A stretch of 64,000 nt of DNA, taken from Saccostrea cucullata (taxonomy: Eukaryota). The notes below the pieces were generated by a model, which had not been told where the DNA came from, ran no database searches, and saw only the letters and a list, made by a program, of their open reading frames with translations. Position 1 is the stretch's first letter, and each line of letters begins with the position of its first letter. Position numbers and translations under genes: made by a program. Shown here piece after piece: positions 13,983 through 27,325 of the stretch. The stretch spans positions 1 to 64,000 of the forward strand of contig NW_026918602.1 in assembly GCF_032062105.1 (NCBI RefSeq), given 5' to 3'.

Positions 13983-14441
13983 AGGGCGCCTGAAGTGTGG
14001 ATCGTTGCCCCCTTTTTTTTAATTAAAAAAAAAAAATTGCAAGAGATAAAATATATAAAAAAAAAATAATAAATCCTGTCAATCACATCTATATGTTGTT
14101 CAATGTAAACAGATTGTACATTTTCTCACCTTTAGAGAATGGCCTTTTACAGTAAAATAATTTAAAATTTATTATATGTATGTACCGTATAAGGCCATTC
14201 TCTAATCCATCCTCGCAATGCCAGGAGTCCTGGAGTCTACATGCAACGTGTTGAGTCCAGACCCCTAGCTCTGCTGGCTTGCGAGGATGTCTCAAAACGT
14301 AAGAAAATGTACGTACAAGCTTTTTGCACAGAGCGACATATAAATGTGGTCGATGTGGAAATTTTATATTTTGAGATACTATTTCTATTACAATTTTTTT
14401 TAATAAAAGGGAGAGGGGACAATCCACACTCCAGGCGCCTG
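13983..14441. mobile_element. Non-autonomous TIR element containing a nested palindrome (14208-14289)
   Basis: GGCGCCTGAAGTGTGGAT... and ...ATCCACACTCCAGGCGCC inverted repeats extend for tens of bp; no clear TSD. Confidence 0.65.
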
Positions 14442-15685
14442 TGCTAGCTCTATTCAGTGACGGAGTTTCGGTCACGCAGTCTTGAGATTAATCGCACAAA
14501 AAAGTTTTACAATTCATTTCAATTACTTTTCATTATTTCTGTTTCATTTTTTTATTGTAAATTCCTTGAATCAATTTGAATTGAATATATTGTGTTATTA
14601 TTACACTGTCGGGTTAAAAATTTAGTGTACATTTCCGTGATACAGAAATGAATGTCTTTGCTGCTTATCGGGGCTTACAAAGAACTGTCATCGATAGTTT
14701 TACGTATGTTCTGTCGTCTACTTCCAAGTCGATTTTCAAATGTTAACTTTTTTTTTCAAATTAAAATTATTAAAGATTTTCAACAAACAACTTATTTGGG
14801 TGAACAATGAGAGATAACTCTGTGATCGTAATGCAAATAGCCAAGAATCAGCTTAGAGGTTTTAAATAGCATATACTTCAGGGTTTTAAATAGCATATAC
14901 TTCAGAAAATTCTTAGAATTTTTATGGATACGAATTCAGAGTTTAATCATTTCACAGGTGCGATTAGAGGGGATACTGTCTGAGAAATTCAGAATTTTTA
15001 GGATAGTTAGAACAATCTGACAGTAATCTCGTCGGAGATTCTGCTGGGCTGGATATTTGGTCTGACGCGTACCTGTAGGTGTTAGACCAAATATCTAGCC
15101 CAGCAGAATCTCTACAGAAATAAATCTAACCGTATATCCTTCCTCGCAATGCAAGGGGTCCAGAGTCAACATGTTGCCGTTGGTCCAACTGCAACGTTTT
15201 GACTTAGGACCCCCGGCATTGCAAGGATGTCGTTTCCTATTGGGAAAGGCCCTCAACGGCACAACCTAGTCCGTTGGACGTAAAGAACATTTTTCTAGAC
15301 TTTCAGGTAAACATAAAGACACACTATTAAGAGTCTCAACTTTAAAAATAAATCAAGCAATCGATACAGAAATTGATCAGATTTAAGTCTATGAGTGATA
15401 AATTAACTAGCAGTGAAAAAGCCTTTTTTGCTGAGTACTAGTATCAAATTTCGTTTACAGTGCCATTAAATTATTTCCTTAAGAAGACATTTCGAAATAC
15501 AGAGTGTTGTTACCTATATGTACTTGCTATGACGTTTTTAAAAACGCTTTTTAAAATCCAACATGGTTATTTTTTGGTGGATTTTTTTATAGAACTATGG
15601 CAATTCCAGTGCGCCGTACATATACCCGTTCATAATATTGATGTCCTTCGCTATGGTAGCGTCGCTGGTAACGGGATAGACTGAC

Positions 15686-18600
15686 ATGGCGCATCCAGGT
15701 AAAATGTTTTATTCCAGCTTTAATCTCATATTTGACTGAAAACAGATTTACTTTTATAAAGATTTTGTTTAAATCACTTTCAACAAAAATTTTGTCTCTG
15801 TAAAGATATATGTACCTTAGTTTTACCTGTATTGTTGCACATGTATTGACTGTGTTGCATGTATGCATGCATTTGAATGAACAGACGAACATTCTAAGCG
15901 ATGCATAAGTGAAAAAAGTTCAACTCGATCAATAGGTGATGACTTCTTTTTTAATAATGTGCACAAAGCAAACATTCTAAGTTCAACATGCACATTTATA
16001 TTACATGATTTTACAAAATCATTTTGAAGACCATAATATTGACCCAATATTTGTCTTTTGAAATTAATTTTACATTATTGTAAATTAAAAAAAATATTTT
16101 TCAATCTTAAATTATTTTCTTGAAGAAACTTTTGTATTGATTCCGATAATGTAATAATAAAGTAAAGTACATTTTTCTTGCTTGTTCCGTGCACAACAAC
16201 GGGCATGTATATATATCGTTTTTGAAAGGGAGTGGGGCAGCAGAGAGAAAAAAAATATAACTTTCTTGTACCTTAAAAGGTTATAACTTGCCTGAAAAAA
16301 TTTTAACTTTCATGTTCAAGAAAAAATCTCGAGAAAAAGATGCATTAAAGCATTTTCTCGCAACTAGATTTGTGTACACTCCATCAAAAAAATTGCTTGC
16401 TGAGGGTGGGGGGGGGTCTACTTTCATTGAACAAACTTTTGAGGGAAAAAAACGAGGGGAGGGGAGAGACAACCCTCTTCTCCATATACTACATGTATGT
16501 ACGATAATATACAAGTTCGTGAATTAATTTAATTGAAGGTAATTTAAGTTAATTTCAAACAAGTATACATGTAATTCACAGGCACTTGTTTCGGAAATAA
16601 ATTTAACCCATAGTTCCGATACAAGTGCCTGTGATGTAATTTAGAAATTCACTATTTTTTTGAAATAATTAAAATTAATATCATTTAAGGTTGTGAGTTT
16701 TTCCAACACAATTTTAATTTGAAATGCCGAATTTTGGATAATAATTTAATTATTAAGGATTAAAGTGTGCGTATGTGGTATTTATTACTTTATTCTATCT
16801 ATAATCCCTGTGTTCTATTAACTCTTTCTCATATCATGTACATATATTTATTTTTTTTTCTTTTAAAAACTAATAATAATATTCATGTATTATAAAACCA
16901 ACTGGATCTACGAATCGTTAACCTTTTAAACTTTAAGCCCTTGGTATCTACGTCACACAGTTTAAAAACAACCAAGTTTGTGTTGTGACGAAATCATTAA
17001 CAACTCCTTATTTCAAAATTCCATGCACCGATCTTTTCAAAGATTATATTTTTAGCTGGCATTGTATAGAGCTTTAATTATTTGTATGGAACAACCTTCT
17101 GGTTCAAAGTCTGGGTTTTCTCCCAAATCTCCCTTGGAAGTCATTTTTAAAATATTAGTTTAGAGAAACTTAAAGTGATACAAACATGCGAAATAAAGAT
17201 TTATTAAGAAATTATCTCTTTAATATTGCGTTTTCATTCAAAACTCGCTAATTAATTAGATGGAATGGATGTTCACCTTTACAGAAATAAATATGATTAC
17301 ACAGGTAGGTATATGAGGTATAAAAGATCCACAAGCACATCAATAGCGATTTTTAGCATATCCAATTTACAGAAGTGACTACACATGATGAAAGTCGGAA
17401 CATTTTCCGACACCCCCCCCCCCCCCTCCTCAAAACAACAATAATTAAATAAAAAGAAAAAAAATATAAAGATTAAATTCTAAAAATTATAGATAGATCG
17501 TTATAATTTTATTATTATATTTATTTATTTACTAGTACTTTTTTCTTGTTTATTTTTCTTGTCTTGATTGATTGATTATTATTGTTTAACGCTGAGTCGG
17601 CACTATTTCAGCCATATTTCGGCGATTAAATCAAGTATGATCATTTTTTAAATATTTGGTTTTAAATGAGCCTACTCTTTTTCAAAAAACCAGAGAAACG
17701 TTCTTTTACGTGCCAAGGGGTTTGTTTGAAAATTAAGTTTAAATTCTTTTTGAATTAAATATTAAAATAACTTAATTTACGATTTTTATTTAATTTTTTG
17801 CAGGTCAAGTCGGAGGACCACCTCAACGTAAGTTAAAAACTAACAATCTCGCGGGCCATAAAATAAATTAAATAAAAAAAACAACAGATTTAATAATTTT
17901 TGGTAGTATCTATTCACATGTTTTAGATTCAAGGTGAAGTATTTAATTAATTTATTTATAAATATTTCAAGTTTAATTATTAATGACATTCATACTCTGC
18001 AATCTAATCAAAATTAGACTTCATAGATCCGCGCCGTATGCACTCTTTCGAAGAGTGTATACGGCGGGGATCTAAGAATTCAGATTTTTTAGATTGTTAC
18101 ACTTACATGTATGTATTCATTAGTAATTTTAAAATGCGAAGTAAATTAAACTTTTTTTTTGCATTTACACAGAATGGCACCCCGGTATGGGTGGCCCGCC
18201 ACCTGCAGATTTAAGGCAAGGAAATGGCCCCCCTCGACGGGGAGGGGGAGGGGGACCTCCTCCAATGGCTCCTCCCCCAATGCAGGGCATGCCGCAGTTT
18301 GCAGGCTACGAACAAGTCGGGGGATTTGGGCAAAGTAAACCCATACATTAATTTATATAAGTTAACTTAGCCATAATAATAATTAACTCAGTAATAACTT
18401 ATTTAATTTTTTTCATGAATCTTTGAAGTACGAATGTTCTTTTTTCACAAATATTTGATATATTCTATTAAAACTGAATTTGTAGCACAATTTTTAAAGT
18501 TTATCATTCTCGACATGCAAATACTGTATATACGATGTACTTATAATTATGATTTTTACAGTGAATTTTATGCCCCCTCCACCGCCACCCCCACCACCTT

Positions 18601-21568
18601 CTGGCCCACCCCCACCAATGGAGTTTTCCGAGTGAGTGCTAAACTTGCTTGTTTTTTGTTTAATCAAAAACAATTCTTCTCACCCATACGGAAATAAAAT
18701 CAAACTTAAAAACTTTTTATTGGTAGAGTTAATAAGTATTATGCTCATTTTTTTTTCAGCATAGCTAATTTGGACGAGGCGGCATGTAGACAAGCTATGC
18801 TTGACTTCGTATCGGAAAACTGTTGTTATGGAGCCAAACCTGCCCAGGAAATGACCATCACCCACCATCATGGTCTTACCGCCTTCCATGTACGTTACAA
18901 TCCGAACTGAAAGAATTTTGAAGATACTAGGTTCTAAAATAGTTGGCATTATATTGTTCCAAAATCCATTTAAAGGAATTAAGTTGAAGTATCATTTAGA
19001 GGTAGTTATTTTGATTTGAAAACTATAATAGTGTTATTTAATAAGAAATTTTTGTTTTCTTTAAAGTATACCCTAGAAACGTTTACTGAAGCAAGAAAGA
19101 CTGGATTCAAGCATGTGCCTTACCGCGGCGGCCCTGTAGATGGCCCTGAAAACGGCCCTCCGCCCCCGCCTTGGAATATCCATTGTATAGCTGACAGTAT
19201 GTTCCACACGCACGTCAAGAAAATGGAGGTTCCTCATACAGCAACCGTTCGGGTAGGTTTTACCAGGCTTGAAAACCTACCCCCCCCCCCCCCCGAAAAT
19301 AAATTACATGTAGTGAGCTTTGACTAACTCTGGTGATGTGTCATCTATATGTTGTTTAATCCGGAGAGTTGTCTTATTATCTGGCCAATCTATATGAAAT
19401 CATTTTGTGTATTTTCACTTTGTACCCTTAATTCTCCAAGGTATTATGCAGGGGGGTGCCAGTGCCCTTGGCAAAGACTTGAAAATGAAAGCGCTCTTAC
19501 TTTTTTACAGCCGTGCCACCGTTGCGATGCCCAGGGATACTTCCGCTGCTGGGAATGTCACGGCTGGGGTCAGACAGAGTGTGAGAGTTGTGATCGGAGA
19601 GGGTTCCATGAACGATTTGACCCCAATCTGGGTCATGCCGTCCATGAAACCTGTCACCGTTGCCATGGTGATGGAATATGTCGGTAAGGACGAAATGCAC
19701 TGAGTTTCTTAAAATAATTTAAATTATCTGACAGGTCCATTATTTTCTCTTGATAAGGAAAAAATCATTCCGTCATTCAAGACTTATGAACAGTCAATAA
19801 ACATGTGGCTCAATTAAAATGCTGTACGTTTGGATCTGAAAACTAAAGTAACATTGTTGAGATTTATATAATATGTCTTTATTACAGATGTGATAGATGT
19901 GGTGGTGATGGTAGAATAACTTGTGATGAATGTGATGGTTACAGGAATATCAAAACGTACATAGAACTCACGGTCACATTGTAAGTATATGTATTTTCAT
20001 AGAACTGTCACATTGTAAATATCATAACATAGAATTCTTAATTTCTAAACATCCATAAAACCCACCATTATGATACATAAACCCACCGGTATATTGTTTG
20101 TATAAAAAATTTCAAACACATCGTCACATTTTAAAGAACATAATCTACTAAGAATTTCCTAAACGAGACAAACTATTGACAAACAAGTCGATGAAACAAG
20201 GACGTAAGTAGTCTCATTTGAAATCAACGTTTGAAAATTTCGATTTCAATGATAAGGAGCACAGTACACGGCAGGTGAATCACAAATAGACAGGGGATGC
20301 TTACACCCCAATACATGTACATGGTACCTGATGCCAACTCTTATGTTATAAGTGGTCCGTGTTTGCTCTGCTTCCGAAATGTGTCATTTCAATGTTATTT
20401 GAGCTTGATTAATTTTTGTTATACCTTAGCTATCCTTTATTAGAATTTGTTCTTTTTCAGTACAAATCATGTTGGTGAGCACATTATTGAACGTTCCGAT
20501 ATGCCTGACCACTTAGTGAAAGAAGTGGGCGGAGAAATGGTGTTTGAACAAGTTCTAGACCAAGTAAGCATGTAAACATTCAATTCATAATAGTATTAAA
20601 TTGTTTGCCTATGAGTATTTGTATTGTTTTCTCAAGCTGAATTGAGATAGTTAATTCTGTTAAGTAGCATACTTGACTGAAAAAAAGGGATGAATTCCTA
20701 TCAAATTCGTTTCAGAGCATGGAACTACGGATCAACTGTTTAAGATTTACTTCTTATCTGTGTTTTAAGAACATGATTTTTTAAGAGAATAAAGATTAAC
20801 TGTATACACATGTATTTATTTATTACTTTTTTTATGTACTTATTTATTTATTTCTAGGTATTCCCGATAACATCGTACCCAATCGCTGAGATTAACAACA
20901 ATTCTATCAGGATTGTCAATTCCCACAAGGGAGCATTCCCAAATGAGAGAATGCTAAAACAGGTACTTTCCTCTATCATTCAGTAAATTTTGACAGCTGT
21001 TTTTATGATGCCATCTCTCAAGGAATATAAATCTAAAACATAACATTTTCTTCAGATCCTCCTTTACGTTTAATAATGCTTGTGCTGGAAATGAAGTTTT
21101 TGAAAATTAAAGCTTATCAGTACTTAAACCAAAACATGCTATTATTAAAGACGATGAAGACATATATAACCTCTTAAAATCATTTATTTTTGATTTGGCG
21201 ATTGTGGCCACGACCTACATAATACAATATATATTTTATATGTTTATCCATAAATGAAGGATAACTACGTTATAACCGTAAGAAAGATTCTTTGCAGTAT
21301 TGTAGCACTCAAGTTTAAAAAAATGCAATATTGATATTTTTGGATAATGATGATCAATAGATTCTTCTAATTTGAAAAAAAATGACATACAGCTGAGTCT
21401 GAAAGCATTTTTGATTAACAGAGACAACAGTTGCGTGCTGTTCCGGTGACTGAGGTCCACTACACGTGGGAGGACGTTAGTACACGATACTGGATCTACG
21501 GTCTGGAGAGGAAGGTCCATGCCCCGGACTATCCACAACAGTGCTGCTGGGGCTGTACCATTCTGTAA
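15686..21568 (+). CDS. SSUH2: SSUH2-like protein copy 1, ~401 aa: Pro/Gly-rich N-terminus, six CxxCxGxG-type repeats, C-terminal CCWGCTIL CaaX box
   Basis: Exons 15686-15698, 17804-17827, 18173-18334, 18562-18631, 18760-18889, 19067-19252, 19511-19683, 19888-19980, 20461-20563, 20858-20962, 21422-21568 (1206 nt, open). Motifs: ENCCYGAKPA, YTLETFTEAR, VDGPENGPPPPPWNI, VPHTATVRPCHRC, QRQQLRAVPVTEVHY, YWIYGLERKVHAPDYPQQCCWGCTIL. The first two micro-exons are the least certain. Confidence 0.9.
16577..16633. mobile_element. 57-bp micro-MITE with an 8-bp TSD (hAT or P-type)
   Basis: CACAGGCACTTGTTTCGGAA / TTCCGATACAAGTGCCTGTG TIRs; ATGTAATT is duplicated at 16569-16576 and 16634-16641. Confidence 0.8.
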
Positions 21569-22955
21569 ACGGCTTGCAACAAAATCCACTCAGGGGGGCT
21601 AGGAATACCCAGTCATTCAAAACAAATGTTATCTTGTATTTTTTTTTTTTTTTTGAAGTACATGTTATAACTAAATGCATTATAATTTTGATTCCCTGAT
21701 ATATTTTTATTGCTTTCTGAGAAATGTTTTAAATCTAAAGTATTTACTTTTTGAATTCGTGAAATTAAAATGGTGAATTACCTTATGTGGACTATCACTC
21801 TGTTTGATGTGAAATTATGGATGATAAAAAATAGCTGTAGTCATTCTTTGAGTGAGAGAATGATCTAACAATGTTGCCAATGCCTTATTAACTTTATGAA
21901 CATGCTATAAAATATTGTGAAGGTGTATAATGTAAGTTACTAACCATGGTTCTTTCTTTATTGGTATGAAGGCTGTGTTCTGTGTAAAGTCCATGTATAA
22001 TATCTCCACTTCGTCTTAATTTTCCGTTAGCTTACTCCAGCAGCATCAAGTTTAAATTAGGTGATCAAATTGATGTTAGTAATCTATATTACTGTATATT
22101 ATTATCAGAAGTTGCTCAAAGCACTGAAATATTGCAATAAGTTAGTCCTAGAATATTATTTCATCACCAATATACTTTAGAGCAATATTCTTATGAGATT
22201 GTTAAAGACTTGTTTATCTGCACTTAAAGAGATTAACATGCATCGCAATAAATGTAAATGATATTTATTTATACATTTGAATAAATATTATACCTTTGAA
22301 TAATTTTACTTATGAGAAAAAAATATTTGAGATCAAACATTCAATGATTTTACCTTTCATTTTATTTAGGTCAAGTGACCCCTTCTGTGTATTTTATCAT
22401 GTTAAATTTCTGTTGAAAATTTTCGTTGACAATCGGTTACATGCATTCTTTAATAAGAATGTTTAGTATCCGTGTTTAAAAATTATACATATACTGCATT
22501 ACATATTCATCGTATGAAATATTTTATTGAAGGGTATTGAAATTCAGCTGTTTATTATAACTTAATCGTACCTGTACCATTGTTATTGTGATCCATATAA
22601 TTGACAAGTATGAATATCTTTTTGATTCATATAATATACTTTAACCACTTCTCTTGATGAGTGCTTTCTATTTTTGTTACATTTCTTTTGAAAATATATG
22701 TGATTTTTCTTATTTTGGAATAAACTTCTGCAAGAATGCCTATATTTTATTCTTGTCTCTTTTTTGCTTTATATTCCGTGAAAATGATGGGCGCAAGAAT
22801 AATTTTACTAATCAGTCCATCAAGGCAATGAATAATATCTTATTTATGAAAGGTGTAAATAAATAAAGGTAATTTTTATTAAGTTTGCAATTCTCTTTTC
22901 TCTAAATAATATTTACCTAAAATAGACCCTATCTGAACAACTTTCTAAACTTTAA

Positions 22956-23246
22956 CTAGAGGTATTGTAAGCAGTGAGCTCACTAAATGATACCCCCGCC
23001 TCCCATATGAATATAATGGCAGTGTCCATGTTTTGCTACGGGAAACCCAAAATATGTGTCGGATCAAAACGTAAAATAGGAGATTGCAATGGAAATATGT
23101 AATAAAGATTCTGACAATCTGTGAAAGTTTCGTCAAATTTCATTCAGTATTATGAGAGGAGTTGCGGATAAGAGATGGGTAACCGGAGACGGACGGACGG
23201 ACAGCTAGACGTACTGACAGACTTTTCAAGCGGGGGGGGGGTATAA
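22956..23246 (-). mobile_element. Non-autonomous Helentron/HINE element
   Basis: Reverse-complement match to 58835-59244 (CTAG end, GGAC tract, CAAGCGGGGG-TATAA end). It is absent at the equivalent site in the duplicated copy near 44880. Confidence 0.8.
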
Positions 23247-26200
23247 TAAACTTAGTCATAGGCCACTATTTACACACTGAATTGTCTACAGACGTCTCTC
23301 AATCGTACCAGGGAGCACACGAAGAGTGTGACCATTGGACAGGCGATGATCACTCCTTCATGACACCTGATCCCATCTCTGATGCCTTTTAGAGAACTAT
23401 ATTTGCTATTCTCCAGATTTGTATTGTTTAATTGGCATTTTGAGTTTGATAACTGTTCCTTGTCTTTATATTTCATTGAAGAAAATTTCGTTATAGAAAT
23501 TAATTGAAGATACTCGTTAAAGCATGTTGTGGCAATTATATCTAGATCCATGTGCTTTATATTAAGTAATTGGAAGTCAGACTGAGTATCTATGGTGTGC
23601 AAAGAAACAGTTGGTTTAAGCGATGAGGAAATCAGGAGAGAAGGGATGTCAATTATTATGAAGTTTTCAAACTTTTGCAAATTTTTTTTTTCTTCATCAT
23701 TTATTTCCCACACCTATAACAGTCAACAGCTGATAAGTAGGGCAGCTGCCAGGGATGGGACCCTGACTAAGCTCCCTCTATAACAATAAATGATAATAAT
23801 CCCCTACAGCACCACGCAGGGTGCTTTATTATTTAAGAGTCAGATTCAGCAAGCATCGAGCATTTAGTTAAAAAATGTGGAAAGTGGCATAGAAACAGAT
23901 TTGGTTAAAACTCATATATAAATTTTCAGAACAAAGGGTATAATAGAAAAAAGCAAGCCAAAAATAATTTTTCGCATTGTTGCTATGGAAACCACGCGCC
24001 TTTCAAATAGCGTGTTTTGTACTTTATCAAGACACTTGAATTTATGGTTAAACAAATATTTTTTTATTACTAGTCATTAATAAAAGCTTTTTAAATTTTT
24101 ATTTTATTTATATAAAAATAGTCTATTTTAACAACTGTTGATTATTGAAATTCTTTTCACCTTTTGATAAATAAAACTAGTTTTTGGAGGTTACTTTTGC
24201 TTTAAAAAACAGCAAATTTGAAGTACTCTATAAGAAATCTACAACCACATTAAAGCTTATTAACATAAAATATATATTAAACAGTATTTGTTCTAGAAGA
24301 ATCAAGAAAAAAATCTGCAGGCAACTAAAGCATTTATATATGATAACTGATTTAAATCCATAATTTTCTGTCACTTTTGCTTCAAATTACCTCCCTTTGG
24401 TATAGCTCTCTAACATAGGAGGAATAAACGGTAGATTGCTTACATTGTTTTCAATAACAGTGTACAGAAGACTAGCAGAAAATTACAAACTTGGAGCAGT
24501 CTGAGCCTCAGTTTTGGCGTTTTCATGAGTCTTAATTACGGTGAGTGACTGAAATTTTTACAATTTACCATTACAACAGTTAGTGAAGAATGTATAACAT
24601 AAATTAACCATGCAGTAAAATATGTAACACTTGGCAGGTGTTTTTGCACATGTATTTCAATTTAATAGTCTGATTGATTACTAGTATATATGTTAGCATT
24701 ACTTTAGTATTTTATAACTAAAAAGAAAAGATTATGCATTATGTGAGGAACCAGGAGGAGGGGGTACCCCCCCCCCCCATAATATTGCCGATATTAAACT
24801 ATAATATGATAAAATTAAATTAAATTCCCCAACATAGATTGTTTCTGCGGGCCTAACGTGAAAAAGTTGGTCATGATCAGTTACATAACTGTATCCCAAA
24901 TTAATAAAATTTAATTTGAAATATTAGTTTAATTTTGATTTGTTGTATTCACGGCATGTGTTACCAAGTCACTCGAGTGATGGTCGGGTAAATAAAAATT
25001 CTGTATATAATAATAGATATCTTTATTTACCATTTAAGATAATACCTGCTTTTTACATAAAAAATTATGAATTTATGAAAACCAACACTATAATGAATTA
25101 TTTGTAAAATGGAATGACCTTTGTTATGGCGTCCGTAAAAAAAAGGGGGGGGGCAGGGGGTTAACTCTGTACTTAATATATTTTAGTTTAGGAAAGGGGA
25201 TTACCTTGGAAGTATTGTGATATATACAGACAAGTGTATTATGTAGTGGACTAGTGGTAGCTGAATTGTATATATACCACAGTAGAATAATTAATTAAAA
25301 AAAAAATTGCTGATGTCATCCAGTGTTTACTTATAAAAGAAAATTCATATTCAGCTAACATTTTCTCCGGTACCACTGAACTAATTTAAGCCAACTAGGT
25401 TCAAATAATAAGCATCATTAGATTTAAAGCACGTAAATTTATGAAAAGAATATCTATACCCCATTTTTTCTTGGGGGAGGGGGGTATTGGAAAGAAATGA
25501 AAACCATAATCTTAGAGTTTTGACAAAACCTAGAACCAATTGACCTTTTTATTACAAGTTTTTTTGAATTTAAAGAATATCTAAAATCAATACGGTCTCA
25601 ATTTTGTGTTGTATACTTCTGTTTTTAGAATGAAATTCGGCACTTTGAAGCCAAACTCGGAAAAATTGGATGAGCTGATATAGAATTAGACAGGAAAACA
25701 TGTAAATAATACATTTAGTAAAAACGTTAACTTTTTAAAATAAAATGATTAACCATTGAGATCTCTTGGAATTTAATTGATTCCAATAAACATGCTTTCC
25801 ATTCATCATCATTGCTCAAGCTCAACTAGAAATGGTTCTAAGTAAGTATCTGAAGGCAAAGCTGTATAATATTATTACATTTTAATTTTATCACTTTTTC
25901 AGATTATCATTATGAGAATACATCATTACAGTACAGACCATTAATGCTGGAAGTGAGTGGATAGTGTTACCGGAGACTCAGGGATCCAGAAAATAGATCC
26001 ATAAATTGTACAGTGTATTCATGAAAGTGGATCAAATAAAAATGTTCAATTCAAAAGTAAAATAACATTCTTTGTGCGTTAGCATTTTTTTTATTGATGT
26101 AAATCTAATAACTATCAAATTTTAGCATGCAGATTCATAAATAGATAGTAGAAGAATCTGAAACATATCTTTATATTCTGCATTTTGAAGTATCATAATT

Positions 26201-26400
26201 AATATTAAATGATTAATTAATTTCAAAACTGACAAAATGTTTTTGTGAGAAAAAAGAAAGAGCGCTAATTTATATATTGTACCTCATGTACCACTGATAT
26301 TGGTTTGAGTGAAATAAAAATGATGATGATGATCGATGAACTAGTTCAAAGTCGGACGACACGTTCCTCAAATTTATATGTTTTGTATCTCTAGGTATTA

Positions 26401-26723
26401 GGCCACACCAATTTAATTTCTTGTTCGTCGGACATTTGATTTAAAAAGGTACATGCGGGCAAGCGGTTAAATAATAATATTATTACTTTTTTTCTGACCA
26501 ATTATTTTAGGCGGAGCGTGAAAAAATTTGAGCGGACAATTATATTTTTTCTGATTTAAGGAGTAAGCAGATTAAAAATACAATAAATAGAGCGGAAATG
26601 AAACAGAAAATAGCACAGAATTCCTATGATGCGGGAAATTTAAATTAATATTATTTGTATCGTTTTGTTTAAATACGAGCGCGCGGGTCCGACGAACAAA
26701 TATTTTTAATGGTACGTGTGGCC
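26401..26723. mobile_element. PIF/Harbinger MITE nested in the Kolobok-like element
   Basis: GGCCACAC...TTGTTCGTCGGAC / GTCCGACGAACAA...GTGTGGCC with a TTA TSD. Confidence 0.8.
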
Positions 26724-27050
26724 TTACACATGTATATATAAAATATTCAATATTTTTCCTTCTCTTCTGATTTCTACATTGCTTTCAAAATGTTTTTAAA
26801 TATAAGTACAATAAAAATTTCGATATATGCCATTCAAAGATCGCCCATTAGGGTTATTAATGAATTTCTTTTAGGGTCAGTTCAAATTTAGACATTCATG
26901 CATATTTAGCCCTTCCAGATTTTTATTTAGGCACCAGTAGCTACTGAGGTCTTAGCTGTCCTGCAATATTGTTTCTAAATTAGGACAGTAGGAGAATATA
27001 TCATCAGTTCAATACCAAAGACAGACATGGGATCGTTTTTGAAAGTGCAT

Positions 27051-27325
27051 CACTGAAAGAAATACATAGTGATTTTAACTAGTGTGCCTCGTAAAGCGTT
27101 TGTAGTGATTAGTAATCTTTCTGTTTACTGTCTAAGATAGTTAGACGTGGAGCGGGGGTTGTATAGATACTTAAATACCTAATGAAAGTTACTTATCAAT
27201 TCTAGATTTACTAATCTTATCTAATAAATCTAATCAATACCCAGTAAAACTACTTTTAAGGTAGTGATTGTATGGACAGTAAATTTACTAGTCTTCTTAG
27301 TACTTCAACTAGTTTTTTTTCAGTG
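27051..27325. mobile_element. CACTA/EnSpm-like MITE nested in the Kolobok-like element
   Basis: CACTGAAAGAAA / TTTTTTTTCAGTG termini, 3-bp CAT TSD, and repeated ACTAG motifs inside. Confidence 0.65.

Noticed and set aside
21236-21680. - strand ORFs here and the similar ones at 43169-43471 and 50065-50289
   Set aside because: Antisense shadows of the SSUH2 terminal exon; they recur only because that exon is duplicated.
23270-23783. 147-aa (-) and 63-aa (+) ORFs
   Set aside because: The longer one overlaps a Penelope terminal fragment and the frame is not evidently conserved in the duplicated region near 45000; neither has recognisable motifs.
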